This document shows positions 26,828 to 38,769 of a stretch of 64,000 nt of DNA, piece after piece. The position numbers and the translations under genes are program-made. Positions within the stretch are counted from its first letter, which is position 1. Each line of letters opens with the position of its first letter. The stretch is from Octopus sinensis. Taxonomy: Eukaryota. The stretch covers positions 12,834,001 to 12,898,000 of the forward strand of contig NC_043017.1 of assembly GCF_006345805.1 (NCBI RefSeq), written 5' to 3'. The notes beneath the pieces were generated by a model that ran no database searches, had not been told where the DNA came from, and worked only from the letters and a program-made list of their open reading frames with translations.

Positions 26828-28207
26828 AATAATAATAATAATAATAATAATAGCAACACTGTATCGGATTGCTTTGGAATGCAAACTCTTTTGAATGTCA
26901 CCATTCTTTTATTTTTTTTGTCCCCACCCCTCAAAGTTTGTCAGGGCGTTCATAAAGAACTAAGCAGATGAGTACACAGTGTGATTAACCTAAAACTTTG
27001 TTGATGTAGTTGCTGTTGTGTCTGATCAAAGGCATTCCGAAAGTGACCATCTTGGCTTTATCAGGCTGTTGTTGTTATCTGATGGTGTGGAGTGATTAAG
27101 AAGCTTGCTTCCCTGCCATGTGGCACCTTGGGTCCAGTTATGCTGTGTGACACCTTGGGCAAGTGTCTTCTACTATAGCACCAGGTCAACCAAAGCCTTG
27201 TGAGTGGATTTGGTAGATGGAAACTAAAAAAAGCTCATTGCATGTGTGTGTGTGTGTGTGTGTGTCTATCCCCCACCACGCTTTCACAACTAGTGTTGAT
27301 TTAACATCTGTATAACTTAGTGGTTCAGCAAAAAAGATCAATAGAATAAGTACCAGGATAAAGGCGGTGAGCTGGCAGAATCATTAGCAGTTTTTAATGG
27401 AACTGGTGTAGCCATTTTTAAATAAGGCGCCAATTTGTGGTAGCTGGCAATATGATGTAATGTCGTATTGCCGAAGAAATATCATTGTCGTTTTTCCATT
27501 GGTTAATATAACTGCTCATATAGGAATACTAAGAATTAGTAAAAGAATATTTGTATGTAATTTCAATTCTTTAAAGTCAACCCTGGATTTTGGGAAAAAC
27601 TTCAGTGTTTGTTGGATGTAACTAAACTCCACAACACTCACTCCTTTGAGACATTGGTGATTTTTCATGCCATGTCCAAGGAAAATCCAACAAGTCTTGT
27701 TTGAATTGTTGAGATCTAATATTAGCTAGAATGAGAAATTAGATAGTTAAAATATATAGTCGTAATTCTCTACGACAAAATTTACTTTTCTTCAAAATGT
27801 AAATAATATAAAAATGCTATATCATCATCATCATCATCATCATGTATATAATAAAAATTAATTAAGAAAATGCTTTCTCTTTCTTCACGTTCTTCAACTA
27901 TATATAAAATGTATTTCTGTAATTATTAAATTGTATTTTCTTACAGCGGTTAAAAGAACACGAAAATCATATTCAACATACATTCTCGCTAATGTTTGTT
28001 AGCGTTCCAGAAAGTATATTTCTCTATGGCGTTTATACAACTGTAGTTCGGATTTGCGTATAATGATAACACTTAAGTAAGTTATAAGTGGCGCTTTTAT
28101 CATTATATACATCCTTACTTTAAAAGCCAAATAATTTTATCTATTTCCAAATAGGAAACATAATAAGTAGCGTTGCATTAACTGTAAACAAACTAACTAG
28201 AAAATAT

Positions 28208-28560
28208 ATCCGAACGTGGCCGTTGCCAGCGCCGCCCTGACTGGCCTCCGTGCCGGTGGCACGTAAAAAAGCACCATCTGATTGTGGCCATTGCCAGCCT
28301 CGTCTGGCCCCTGTGCCGGTGGCACGTAAAAAATACCATCCGATCGTGGCCGTTTGCCAGCCTCGTCTGGCACCTGTGCAGGTGGCATGTAAAAAGCACC
28401 CACTACACTCACAGAGCGGTTGGCGTTAGGAAGGCCATCCAGCTGTAGAAACACTGCCAGATCAGACTGGGCCTGGTGCAGCCTTCTGGCTTCCCAGACC
28501 CCAGTTGAACCGTCCAACCCATGCTAGCATGGAAAACGGACGTTAAATGATGATGATGAA
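28208..28560 (+). mobile_element. SINE-like family 4 with a (GAT)n tail and variable internal ~60-bp subrepeats, representative copy
   Basis: Shared GGCGTTAGGAAGGGCATCCAGCTGTAGAAAC...CATGGAAAGCGGACGTTAAACGATGATG end. Copies at 3686+, 34945-, 37890-, 48320+, 51130+ and 61545+. Confidence 0.8.
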
Positions 28561-28993
28561 TATATAACATAAGAGAAAGCTTGGTTGCTCATACTGCTAT
28601 ACTACAAAAAATCCCCAAATCTTTATAACTTTTAGTTATCTTTATTTATTTTTGCTGTTATATTTTGTTCCAGATGATTATATATTTTAGAAATCATTGA
28701 TAATGCTAGCTTTATGATGTGATTATTGTATCAACAGCTGAGTAAACAGGACTTTCATGGCTATTTCATGTCAATATTTGTGGTTTGTAATGGCACACAC
28801 AATGAAATATCAATATATATTCTTTTACTTTAGTCAGTCTCACACACACACACACACACACACATACACATATATGTGTACATATATATATATATATATA
28901 AAATATTATTAGAGACAAAACCACTATTTTGCAAAACAAACAAGGAAAGACTTAATCAATACATAAAATTTTAATAAATAGTCAAAAAAAACG

Positions 28994-29036
28994 CCACTAC
29001 AATCGTTTCTTGTCTTGATCGACAATCTTCAGGTGG
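28994..29036 (-). ncRNA. Minimal type-I hammerhead ribozyme (second family)
   Basis: Minus strand CCAC-CUGAAGA-UUGUC(GAUCAA)GACAA-GAAA-C(GAUU)G-UA^GUGG. It lies in a ~220-bp AT-rich insert (about 28900-29120) between (TA)n tracts. Confidence 0.8.
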
Positions 29037-29407
29037 ACTTCCAATCTAAAAAATCAATATTTTAAAATATAAAAATAATAATTTTAAAATAATTAAAGTA
29101 TGAATGAAAAAATATAAGTATATAATATATATATATATATTATATATATATATATATACATACAAACTACATATATATATATAGATATAGATACACACAC
29201 ACACACACGCACACACATGCACACACACACCCACACATACATATATATATATATATATAGATATATATACTTATAGACACATATATACATATGCATATAC
29301 ACACATGTATGTGTGTATGTGTGTGTGCATAGATAGCTAGACAGATAGACAAATAGATAAATGTATACAAACAAAAGCACACACACACATATTTATATAT
29401 GTATATA

Positions 29408-29790
29408 TAGTTAATTCAAAAAGTGGGGAAAAAACAAGAAAAAACAACATGAGGACATAGCACATATAAAGTATTAATACGATGCTCAGAGAAGGAAAAG
29501 AGTGGTTGTTTTACGTTTCGAGCATAGCTCTTCTTTGGAAACAGGAAACATAGGAAAGTCCAAAGGAAAAGGAAGAAGGGGTTATATATGTAACTACATG
29601 TGGACTGTTGGTGATTTTTCTTCTTCTTCCTTTTCCTTTGGACTTTCTTATGTTTCCTGTTTCCAAAGAAGAGCTATACTCGGAACATAAAACAACCACT
29701 CTTTTCTTTCTCTGAGCATCTTATTAATACTTTACATGTGTTTTGTCCTCACGTTGTTGCTTTTTCTTGTCTTTTTCTCCGTTTTTTAAT
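29408..29790. mobile_element. Diverged family A relative arranged as an inverted pair (palindrome)
   Basis: About 29425-29580 is the reverse complement of about 29618-29780. The ORF track shows near-identical peptides on both strands (29502+ and 29511-). Confidence 0.65.
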
Positions 29791-30166
29791 TATTTACTGC
29801 ACGTTCACATTGACCCGCATCTTTCCAACTGGTTTGGAGTACCTAATTCATGGATTTCTTTCTACCATGGATATCTACCGTGGATTTCTACCTCACTTTG
29901 TTCATTCAGAGTACACCATTCCTGCACCTTTGATTACATATATATATATATAATGATAAATCTCAGAGCGAGTTATAAACAGTAGCGGTAACACATCGTG
30001 ACACATATTTGCCATTTGAATATGGCTAACCCATAAGGGTGGATGCTACTGTAGTTTGTAGCCCCAGGAAGATATCTCCTCCAGCTGGCTATAGACACAC
30101 TATCTGTGTCCTCTCAGTATATGTATTTGTGAAGGGATCTGACTTCTCGTCGACAACCATGATTGT

Positions 30167-30211
30167 CACACGCTGATGAAAGGTAAACACCTTGAAACTC
30201 GGGTACGTGTG
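30167..30211 (+). ncRNA. Type-I hammerhead ribozyme, copy 1
   Basis: CACACG-CUGAUGA-AAGGU(AAAC)ACCUU-GAAA-C(UCGG)G-UA^CGUGUG. Intact core, 6-bp stem I, 5-bp stem II, minimal near-palindromic stem III, GUA triplet with predicted cut after 30205. Confidence 0.88.
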
Positions 30212-30518
30212 TATCATGTGTTGAAGACGGGGAGGATGACTCCCCTTCACAAATACTGAGAGGACACAGATAGTGTGTCTATAGCCAGCTGGAGGAGATA
30301 TCTTCCTGGGGCTACAAACTACAGTAGCATCCACCCTTATGGGTTAGCCATATTCAAATGGCAAATATGCGTCACGATGTGTTACCGCTACTGTTTATAA
30401 CTCGCTCTGAGATTTATCATTGTTTGATTTCACTTTTTCAATATCAGTGTCAATCGACACTGGAAAAAGTATATGTATTTGTGAAGGGATCTGACTTCTC
30501 GTCGACAACCATGATTGT

Positions 30519-30563
30519 CACACGCTGATGAAAGGTAAACACCTTGAAACTCGGGTACGTGTG
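30519..30563 (+). ncRNA. Type-I hammerhead ribozyme, copy 2
   Basis: Identical to copy 1. Predicted cut after 30557. Confidence 0.88.
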
Positions 30564-33500
30564 TATCATGTGTTGGAGATGGGGAGGATGACTCCCCTTC
30601 ACAAATACTGAGAGGACACAGATAGTGTGTCTATAGCCAGCTGGAGGAGATATCTTCCTGGGGCTACAAACTACAGTAGCATCCACCCTTATGGGTTAGC
30701 CATATTCAAATGGCAAATATGCGTATATATATATATATATATAGATACATACAAATATACATTCACACATACACACACATACGTGTATATATAAATATTT
30801 TGTAGTACTATGGTCTTCAATAAATACTCTCTGGAGAGCAGTGAACTGGTGTGGGGGTGGGTCTTTGAGACCAATGCCAAGTCTGTGTGTGTATGTGCAT
30901 GTATGTGTGTGTGCATGCGGGTGTGTATTTTTTCACACTGAGTGTCCAGTCTTTTGACTTTTGTTGTTTTTTGTTTCATTTTTGATTTGCCCATATACAT
31001 ACATACATACATACATACATACATAAATACATACATATGTGCATGCATACATACATATATTGTGATTACTTTGGGTATCACTGACCTTCTGTGCCTTCTT
31101 TGTTCTTTGATATCAAAGCCAAGAATGTCTATGTATGTATGTATGTATGTATGTATGTATGTATGTAGGCGCAGGAGTGGCTGTGTGGTAAGTAGCTTGC
31201 TAACCAACGACATGGTTCCTGGTTCAGTTCCACTGCATGGCATCTTGGGCAAGTGTCTTCTGCTTTAGCCCCGGGCCAACCAATGCCTTGTGAGTGGATT
31301 TGGTAGACGGAAACTGAAAGAAGCCTGTCATATATATGTATATATGTATATATATGTGTGCGTGTGTGTTTGTGTGTCTGTGTTTGTCCCCCCAGCATTG
31401 CTTGACAACCGATGCTGGTGTGTTTATGTCCCCGTCACTTAGCGGTTCGGCAAAAGAGACCGATAGAATAAGTACTGGGCTTACAAAGAATAAGTCCCGG
31501 GGTCGATTTGCTCGACTAAAGGCGGTGCTCCAGCATGGCCGCAGTCAAATGACTGAAACAAGTAAAAAACAAAACAAAAAAAAGAAGTATGTATGAATGT
31601 ATTCTTAAAATTTTGTGGCTGTTGTTGTTGTTGTTGCTAACATTACTTTTTCTCAGTATAATTTCTTTCATCTTTCTAGGGAATTTCCAAAGGAATTTTT
31701 TATGACCAGCTTCATAGATATATGCTGTTGTTTTTTTTTTATATATATATATTTTCTTTATTCTTGTTTTGAAAAGTAAATTAGTAAATAAATTAGTAAA
31801 GACATGATTTCTAGCAACATATTTCAGGGTGTTTTTTAAAAGAGGTTTCTTAGTCTCAGTGCACCATTGTACAGGGTCCACATTGAAAACTACTGGTGAA
31901 AATACAATTTTTCATGGCCCCTAGAAAATTATTGTGGACCCCCAATTTACTGCATTTCATCCGTGAACCTCCAGAAATTTTGTATGGACCCCAGTTGAGA
32001 ATCCCTGATGTAAAGTATACTGACCGAATTTTACTCCCAAAGATGATGCAATGGTACAAAACGAGAAAAAATAACAAGAAACCAGAAATTGACCCAGTTA
32101 CCAATTTTGCCCCACTTCCATTGAGTAATTCCATGTGTTTGACAGAATGATGAAAAATATGTGAAAAAAGAATGCTTTTAGCTGTTGAGAGATGTTGTTT
32201 TACTCTTTTACTCTTTTACTTGTTTCAGTCATTTGACTGCGGCCATGCTGGAGCACCGCCTTTTAGTCGAGCAAATCGACCCCGGGACTTATTCTTTGTA
32301 AGCCCAGTACTTATTCTATCGGTCTCTTTTGCCGAACCGCTAAGTAACGGGGACGTAAACACACCAGCATCGGTTGTCAAGCAATGCTAGGGGGACAAAC
32401 ACAGACACACACAAACACATACACACACACATATATATATATATACAAATATACAACAGGCTTCTTTCAGTTTCTGTCAACCAAATCCACTCACAAGGCA
32501 TTGGTCAGCCCGGGGCTATAGCAGAAGACACTTGCCCAAGATGCCATGCAGTGGGACTGAACCCAGAACCATGTGGTTGGTTAGCAAGCTACTTACCACT
32601 CAGCCACTCCTGTAAATAAAACTAAATTCAAAAGTTTTCTTTATTTACTTGCTTCATAGAATAAGAACAGTTTGGAAATAGAGATGTGTGTGTGTGCCAA
32701 GGTCAAGCTCAGTCAAGCATTGAAAGAAAGAATTTGAGACAATAACATTTTTTCTATCAATCTCTTTATACATTCATGTTTACACACACAAACACACATA
32801 CACTCACAGATAAATACATACATTGTCAGGAGTGTTCTGTTTTTCCTTTTTTTTTCTCTGTTGTCCCAAAAGACCTTGGGAATTATAAATGCTTTGGGAC
32901 TGGGTATAAACTGATTTTTAATTGAATTATTTGGCATCTCCAAACTGGCAAAAATCTATTTTTATTTATCATAAAAAGAGGATCCATTACATTTTTTAAA
33001 AAGTCAAAATACCTATGAATATTTATTTCTTTACTACCCACAAAGGGCTAAACACAGAAGGGACAAACATGGACAGACATAGGTATTAAGTCGATTATAT
33101 CGACCCCAGTGCGTAACTGGTACTTAATTTATCGACCCCGAAAGGATGAAAGGCAAAGTCGACCTCGGCGGAATTTGAACTCACAACGTAACGGCAGCCG
33201 AAATACCGCTAAGCATTTCGCCCGATGTGCTAACGTTTCTGCCAGCTCGCCGCCGTATTCCATGAAAACCATGGAATACCATGGTTTTCCTTTGCATGGT
33301 CAGGTAGTGGTTTAGGAAGACTCGGTTTGAGAGTTTTCCGAAAACAGTAAGGGCTGCACCTATTTTATTCTTGAACTGAAGTTACCATGGCATGACACCA
33401 CCTTCACCGGTTAGGACACATCATATACTCTTTTACTCTTTTACTTATTTCAGTCATTTGACTGTGGCCATGCTGGAGCACCGCCTTTTTACGAGCAACT

Positions 33501-33640
33501 CGACCCCGGGACTTATTCTTTTGTAAGCCCAGTACTTATTCTATCGGTCTCTTTGCCGAACCGCTAAGTGACGGGGACGTAAACACACCAGCATCGGTGG
33601 TCAAGCAATGCTAGGGGGACAAACACAGACACACAAACAT

Positions 33641-33676
<36 letters not shown>

Positions 33677-34194
33677 ATATATACGACAGGCTTCTTTCAG
33701 TTTCCATCTACCAAATCCACTCACAAGGCATTGGTCGGCCCGGGCTATAGCAGAAGACACTTGCCCAAGATGCCACGCAGTAGGACTGAACCCGGAACCA
33801 TGTGGTTGGTAAGCAAGCTACTTACCACACAGCCACTCCTGCGCCTATGTATACCTTGAACATGTTTCCCCCATAAACTTCTCTTTGTGGAGTTGATCTC
33901 AGGCATCAGACAATGCAGAGCCCCCATAGTGTTTCTGAAACCAGATCGAGGCCACTCTCCTCCACTGCTCCAACCTTTGTGCTGGCTGGTGCCCATTCTC
34001 CTTTGCTATCATGAAGCATTTTTGGAGCTGGATTTTCTACTGAGAGCTTGCCCTTGCTTACCACCAAACTCAGTTTCTAGACATGAGTGGTCCCAAGACC
34101 AAGGCCTCTACCACGATTTTAAAGAAATGTGGTGTAAAACTAGCTCAGGAAGGCAGGGCCGCTACTCCCTGAGACCCCTTTCGGAGCCCCCTTA

Positions 34195-34230
<36 letters not shown>

Positions 34231-34469
34231 CATGCATGAATATATTATATCTCTGTGTGTGGTGGGGTGCAACATTTTAGGGGAAGTGTCAAGTAAATTA
34301 CATGGACCCCGGTATTTGACTGGTACTTATTTCATCAGCCCTAAAAGGATGATAGGCAAAGTTGACCTCCACAGAATTTGAACTCAGAATGTCAGAAGAA
34401 ATGTCAATGAGTATTTTGTCCACCATGCTAACCATTCTGCCAGCTTGCCTAATGGCAATAATTGGATGC

Positions 34470-34810
34470 TAATTACTGGGTTATATGTGATATCTCCATA
34501 AAGACTGACCATAACTTTTGAAGCAAGGAGATCTAGATTTGATCATAGAGGGCAAAGATAAAGTATAAGATCACAGATAATATCATATGATAATAAAGTG
34601 GATATCAAGGAAATTGAAAAAGTTGAGAAATATCAATGAGGAGATGAGGAGATTGTGGGAGACAACAGCAACAATTGATCCTGTAGTAACTAGTTCACCA
34701 GACGCAACACTTAAACTGTTACCGAAGAGGCTCAAAGATATTGGAATTGAGACCGACAGAAAAATAAAAGTGCCATCCTTTATTCTTCTCCAAGAATCTT
34801 AAACTTTGAA
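34470..34810 (+). mobile_element. Degenerate R4/Dong-like endonuclease fragment
   Basis: Remnants EMRRLW..T..DPVV and LPKRLKDIGIET. Confidence 0.5.
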
Positions 34811-34908
34811 AAAAACTTATCACCAAAGCTTAGGATAACATTCCTGCCACATAAATTACCATGTAATAGCTTAGTTATTGCACAATAATAATAATGATAA
34901 TAATAATA

Positions 34909-34946
<38 letters not shown>

Positions 34947-35223
34947 TCATCATCATCATCGTTAAACGTCCGTTTTCCATGCTAGCATGGGTTGGACGGT
35001 TCAACTGGGGTCTGGGAAGCCAGAAGGCTGCGCCGGGCCCAGTCTGATCTGGCAGTGTTTCTACAGCTGGATACCCTTCCTAACGCCAACCACTCCGTGA
35101 GTGTAGTGGGTGCTTTTTACGTGCCACCTGCACAGGTGCCAGACGAGGCTGGCAAACGACCACGATTGGATGGTATTTTTTACGTGCCACCGGCACGGGG
35201 GCCAGACGAGGCTGGCAATGGCC

Positions 35224-35258
<35 letters not shown>

Positions 35259-36919
35259 CAACGATTTTTTTTAAAATCTTCTTGTATATAGGAATTTCAG
35301 GTTAAAACCTCAATTTAAGAAAATAACATGTCCAGTTACCAAAATAGCAAGTTTTTGACCAGACCTGTAGTTACCAACTGGTTCTACAAGAAATGCAGAT
35401 GCCAGACATGCTTCACTGCTAAATTTTAGATTTAACCTCTGATCTCTGTTACAGCAGAATTGAATATATTTTAGTATATAAACTTTTATAATGGTTCTGC
35501 AGAGGCTGTTGTTGTCATTGTTGTTGTAGTTTAATCCTTATTGAGAAGACATTCTTGCCATGGCCACCCTGTTCTAAAGCTAAATATTAGTTTTTGTCTT
35601 ATAATTTCTATGACAGGCAATGCCAATCATTATCACTATTCATCATCATCAACATTATTGAGAAGACATTCTTGCCATGGCCACCCTGTTCTAAAGCTAA
35701 ATATTAGTTTTGTCTTATAACTTCTATGACAAGCAAGCTCAATCATTATCACTATTCATCATCATCAAGATCATCAACAGGTCCCAGAGGTTGGACAGTT
35801 TGACAGGATCCCATGGGCCCAAGAACTGCACCATGCTCCAGTGTCTACTTTGGCATGGTTTCTATGGCCAAATGCTCTTCCTCGTGTCAATCACTTTACA
35901 GTGTACACTGGGTGTTCTTCCATTTCACCGGCATGAGTGGGGTTGCTATGCAGCTTGCAGATCAACAAAAGGTTGTTTGAGGAAGGCCAGCAGTCACCCA
36001 TGCATACCGGCCTCCCCTCTCCAGGCCACCAGTGTTATCCAAGGGAAAGGCAAAGGGGCCGATACAGCTTGGCACCTGTGACGTTGCAACTAATTTCTAC
36101 AGCTGAGTGAACGGGAGCAACGTGAAATACAGTGTTTTGCTCAAGAACACAGTACACAGCCCAGTCCAGGAATCGAACTTACAACCTCACAATGGTAAGC
36201 TCGATACTCTAACCACTGAGCCATGCACCTTCACATTTGATCACTATAAACAAATCATTTGTGCAGGTCGTTGTGCAGGCTAAAGTTGAACACTCATGTG
36301 TCGTCTATGATGGGACAGTCTATCATGTGTGTTTGTGTGCGCGCGCATTTTTTCTGGTTTAAAAATATACATATTCATATTAGCCTCTGTGTAGGGTTTT
36401 CCCCCTCAAATTATATTATATTGTATATGGTTCTGCATGTAACCAACCCCATGTATTTAAATGCTTTCCTCAATAAATGCAATGTTTGTTCCTTCTCGAG
36501 CCATGCTTGGCTCATAAGAGCTGGTTTCCCAGTTTCTTTGGCATATAGGTTCCCCACCTGGATGGGACGCTGGTCCGTCGCAGGTGAGCTGCAAGATGCA
36601 GGAAGAAAGAGTGAGAGAAAGTTGTGGCGAAAGTGTCAGCAGAAGTTCCTCATTGCCTTCTGTCAGAGCCACATGGAGCTTAGGTGTTTCACTCATAAAC
36701 ACACACATTGCTCGGTCTGAGATTCGAACCCGTGATCCCATGACTGCGAGTCTGCTGCTCTAACCACTAGGCCATATGCCTCCACCAATAAACACATACT
36801 TAATTTAAATGGCTCTGAGGAACCTATAAAATGTTGCACAAGCACTTACCTCTGAATACAATGCTTCTCATAGCTGAAACAGCTATTAATTAATGAATAT
36901 GATCCATCAACACAACCAT

Positions 36920-37410
36920 CCACCAATTTGTTCATCCATCCATTCATTCTTTCCTCCCTCCATCCACCAACCCATTCACCTACCCGGCTATCTACCCATC
37001 CCTTCCTCCTACCCTCAATCCATCCATCTACCCGTCCATCTCTCTATCTATCCATCTGTCCATGTATCTATCTGTCCACTCATCCATCCATCCACCCACC
37101 CATTCACCTATCCATCCATCCCTCCATCCATCCATCCATCCCTCCATCCATCCTTCCATCCCTCCATCCATCCATCCATCCATCATCCATCCATCCATCC
37201 GTCCACCCATTCACCTATCCATCCATCCATCCATCCCTCATCCATCCATCCATCCATCCATCCATCCATCCATCCATCCCTCCATCCATCCATCCATCCA
37301 TCCGTCCACCCATTCACCTATCCATCCATCCATCCATCCATCCCTCCATCCCTCCATCCATCCATCCATCCTTCCATCCATCTGTCCATCCATCCCTCTA
37401 TCCACACATC
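36920..37410. repeat. (TCCA)n microsatellite
   Basis: Read directly from the sequence. Confidence 0.95.
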
Positions 37411-38769
37411 CACCCATTTGCCACTCAACAGTCTGCTCCCCCACCTGATCCCATCAGTCACTGTCCCTTTCTATTCTCATAACCCGTGGTTATTGTCCGG
37501 CCACAATGGTGATATTGTCCCTTATTTAATCTCATTTCTATGGCTCTGTGTTACCAAATTTGGTATTTCACCAGTTTCTCAATGGAGAATGCTGCCAGGA
37601 CATCCTTTCTTTCATCGCTCTTGTGTTGATAATTCCAACAATTGGCACAAGCAATAAATTATGCATTTAAAACAAGGTGGGGGAAGGAGAACTGATAGGG
37701 GAGAAGAGAAAGATAGAAGGAGCAGACAAAGTTATGATATCATCCCTAAAGTGGTTGCTTACACAATTGCTTGTTGAAACAGAAAGATGGCTATATGAAG
37801 AGGTAGTGGATAAATGATAAGTTGGATGTGGTATTAAAGCAAATTCATGTTAAATGCTTCCATTCCTGTTGGACTGTGTGCTGTGTGTATCATCATCATC
37901 ATCATCATCATCGTTTAACGTCCGTTTTCCGCGCTAGCACGGGTTGGACGGTTCGACCGGGGTCTGGGGAGCCAGGGCTACTCCAGGCTCCAGTCTGATC
38001 TGGCAGTGTTTCTACAGCTGGATGCCCTTCCTAACGCCAACCACTCCGCAAGTGTAGTGGGTGCTTTTTACGTGCCACCTGCACAGGTGCCAGAGGGGTC
38101 TGGCATCGGCCACGATCGGTTGGTGCTTTTTATGTGCCACCGGCACAGAAGCCAGTCGAGGCGGTGCTGGCATCGGCCACGTTCGGATGGTGCTTTTTAT
38201 GTGCCACCGGCACAGAAGCCAGTCGAGGCGGTGCTGGCATCGATGCTTCAACATATGAAAATTATTATTTTTTAAATATTAGAAAGCCTCACTGTGAGAT
38301 AAATAAGAATGTAAATACATTTTTTTCAATACATAATTCATTTTGAAACAATTTCAAAGAACAGCTTGTTTTATTTCGTAAGGAAATCAGGAATCACAAC
38401 TGCCATTATTTGCAACATAAGGTTCTTCACTGAGTCAATATATTCCTGAGTTTACTTGGAATACTTTGGTGCTCCTGGCAAAGAAAGAGAAGAAAAACCA
38501 TAATTATATATTTGAATAATTAGAAATAGATGCAATAGATACAGGCATAGCTGTGTGGTTATGAAGTTTGTCTTGCGGTCACATGGTTTTGGATTCAGTG
38601 CCACAATACAGCACCTTAGGCAAGTATCTTCAACTAAAGCCCCAGGCTGAGCAATGTCTTGTGAGTGAATACAATTCGTGGAAACTGTTCAGAAACTCAT
38701 TATACATGTGTGTGTGTTTATGCTTATGTTTGTCCTCCCACCACCGTTTCACATCTGGTGGTGGTTGGT

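Larger units (their letters stand above)
29952..30724 (+). mobile_element. Retrozyme / Penelope pseudo-LTR-like element: inverted partial copy plus ~1.7 tandem copies of a 352-nt HHR-bearing unit
   Basis: Direct repeat with an offset of 352 (30116 vs 30468). 29952-30120 is the reverse complement of 30253-30421 with 1 mismatch. (TA)n on both sides. No RT or endonuclease ORF. Confidence 0.8.

Noticed and set aside
28208-28400. Repeat-spacer-like array reminiscent of CRISPR
   Set aside because: Eukaryotic context, the spacers are homologous to each other, it is part of a dispersed SINE-like element, and there are no cas genes.
30089-30686. Duplicated ~80-aa ORFs (MDATVVCSP...) on the minus strand
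   Set aside because: They start at GTG, resemble no known domain, and are antisense to the hammerhead. The duplication just mirrors the 352-nt repeat.
33887-34381. 164-aa ORF
   Set aside because: Runs through (TA)n and a SINE, has no recognisable domain, and is probably a retroelement remnant.
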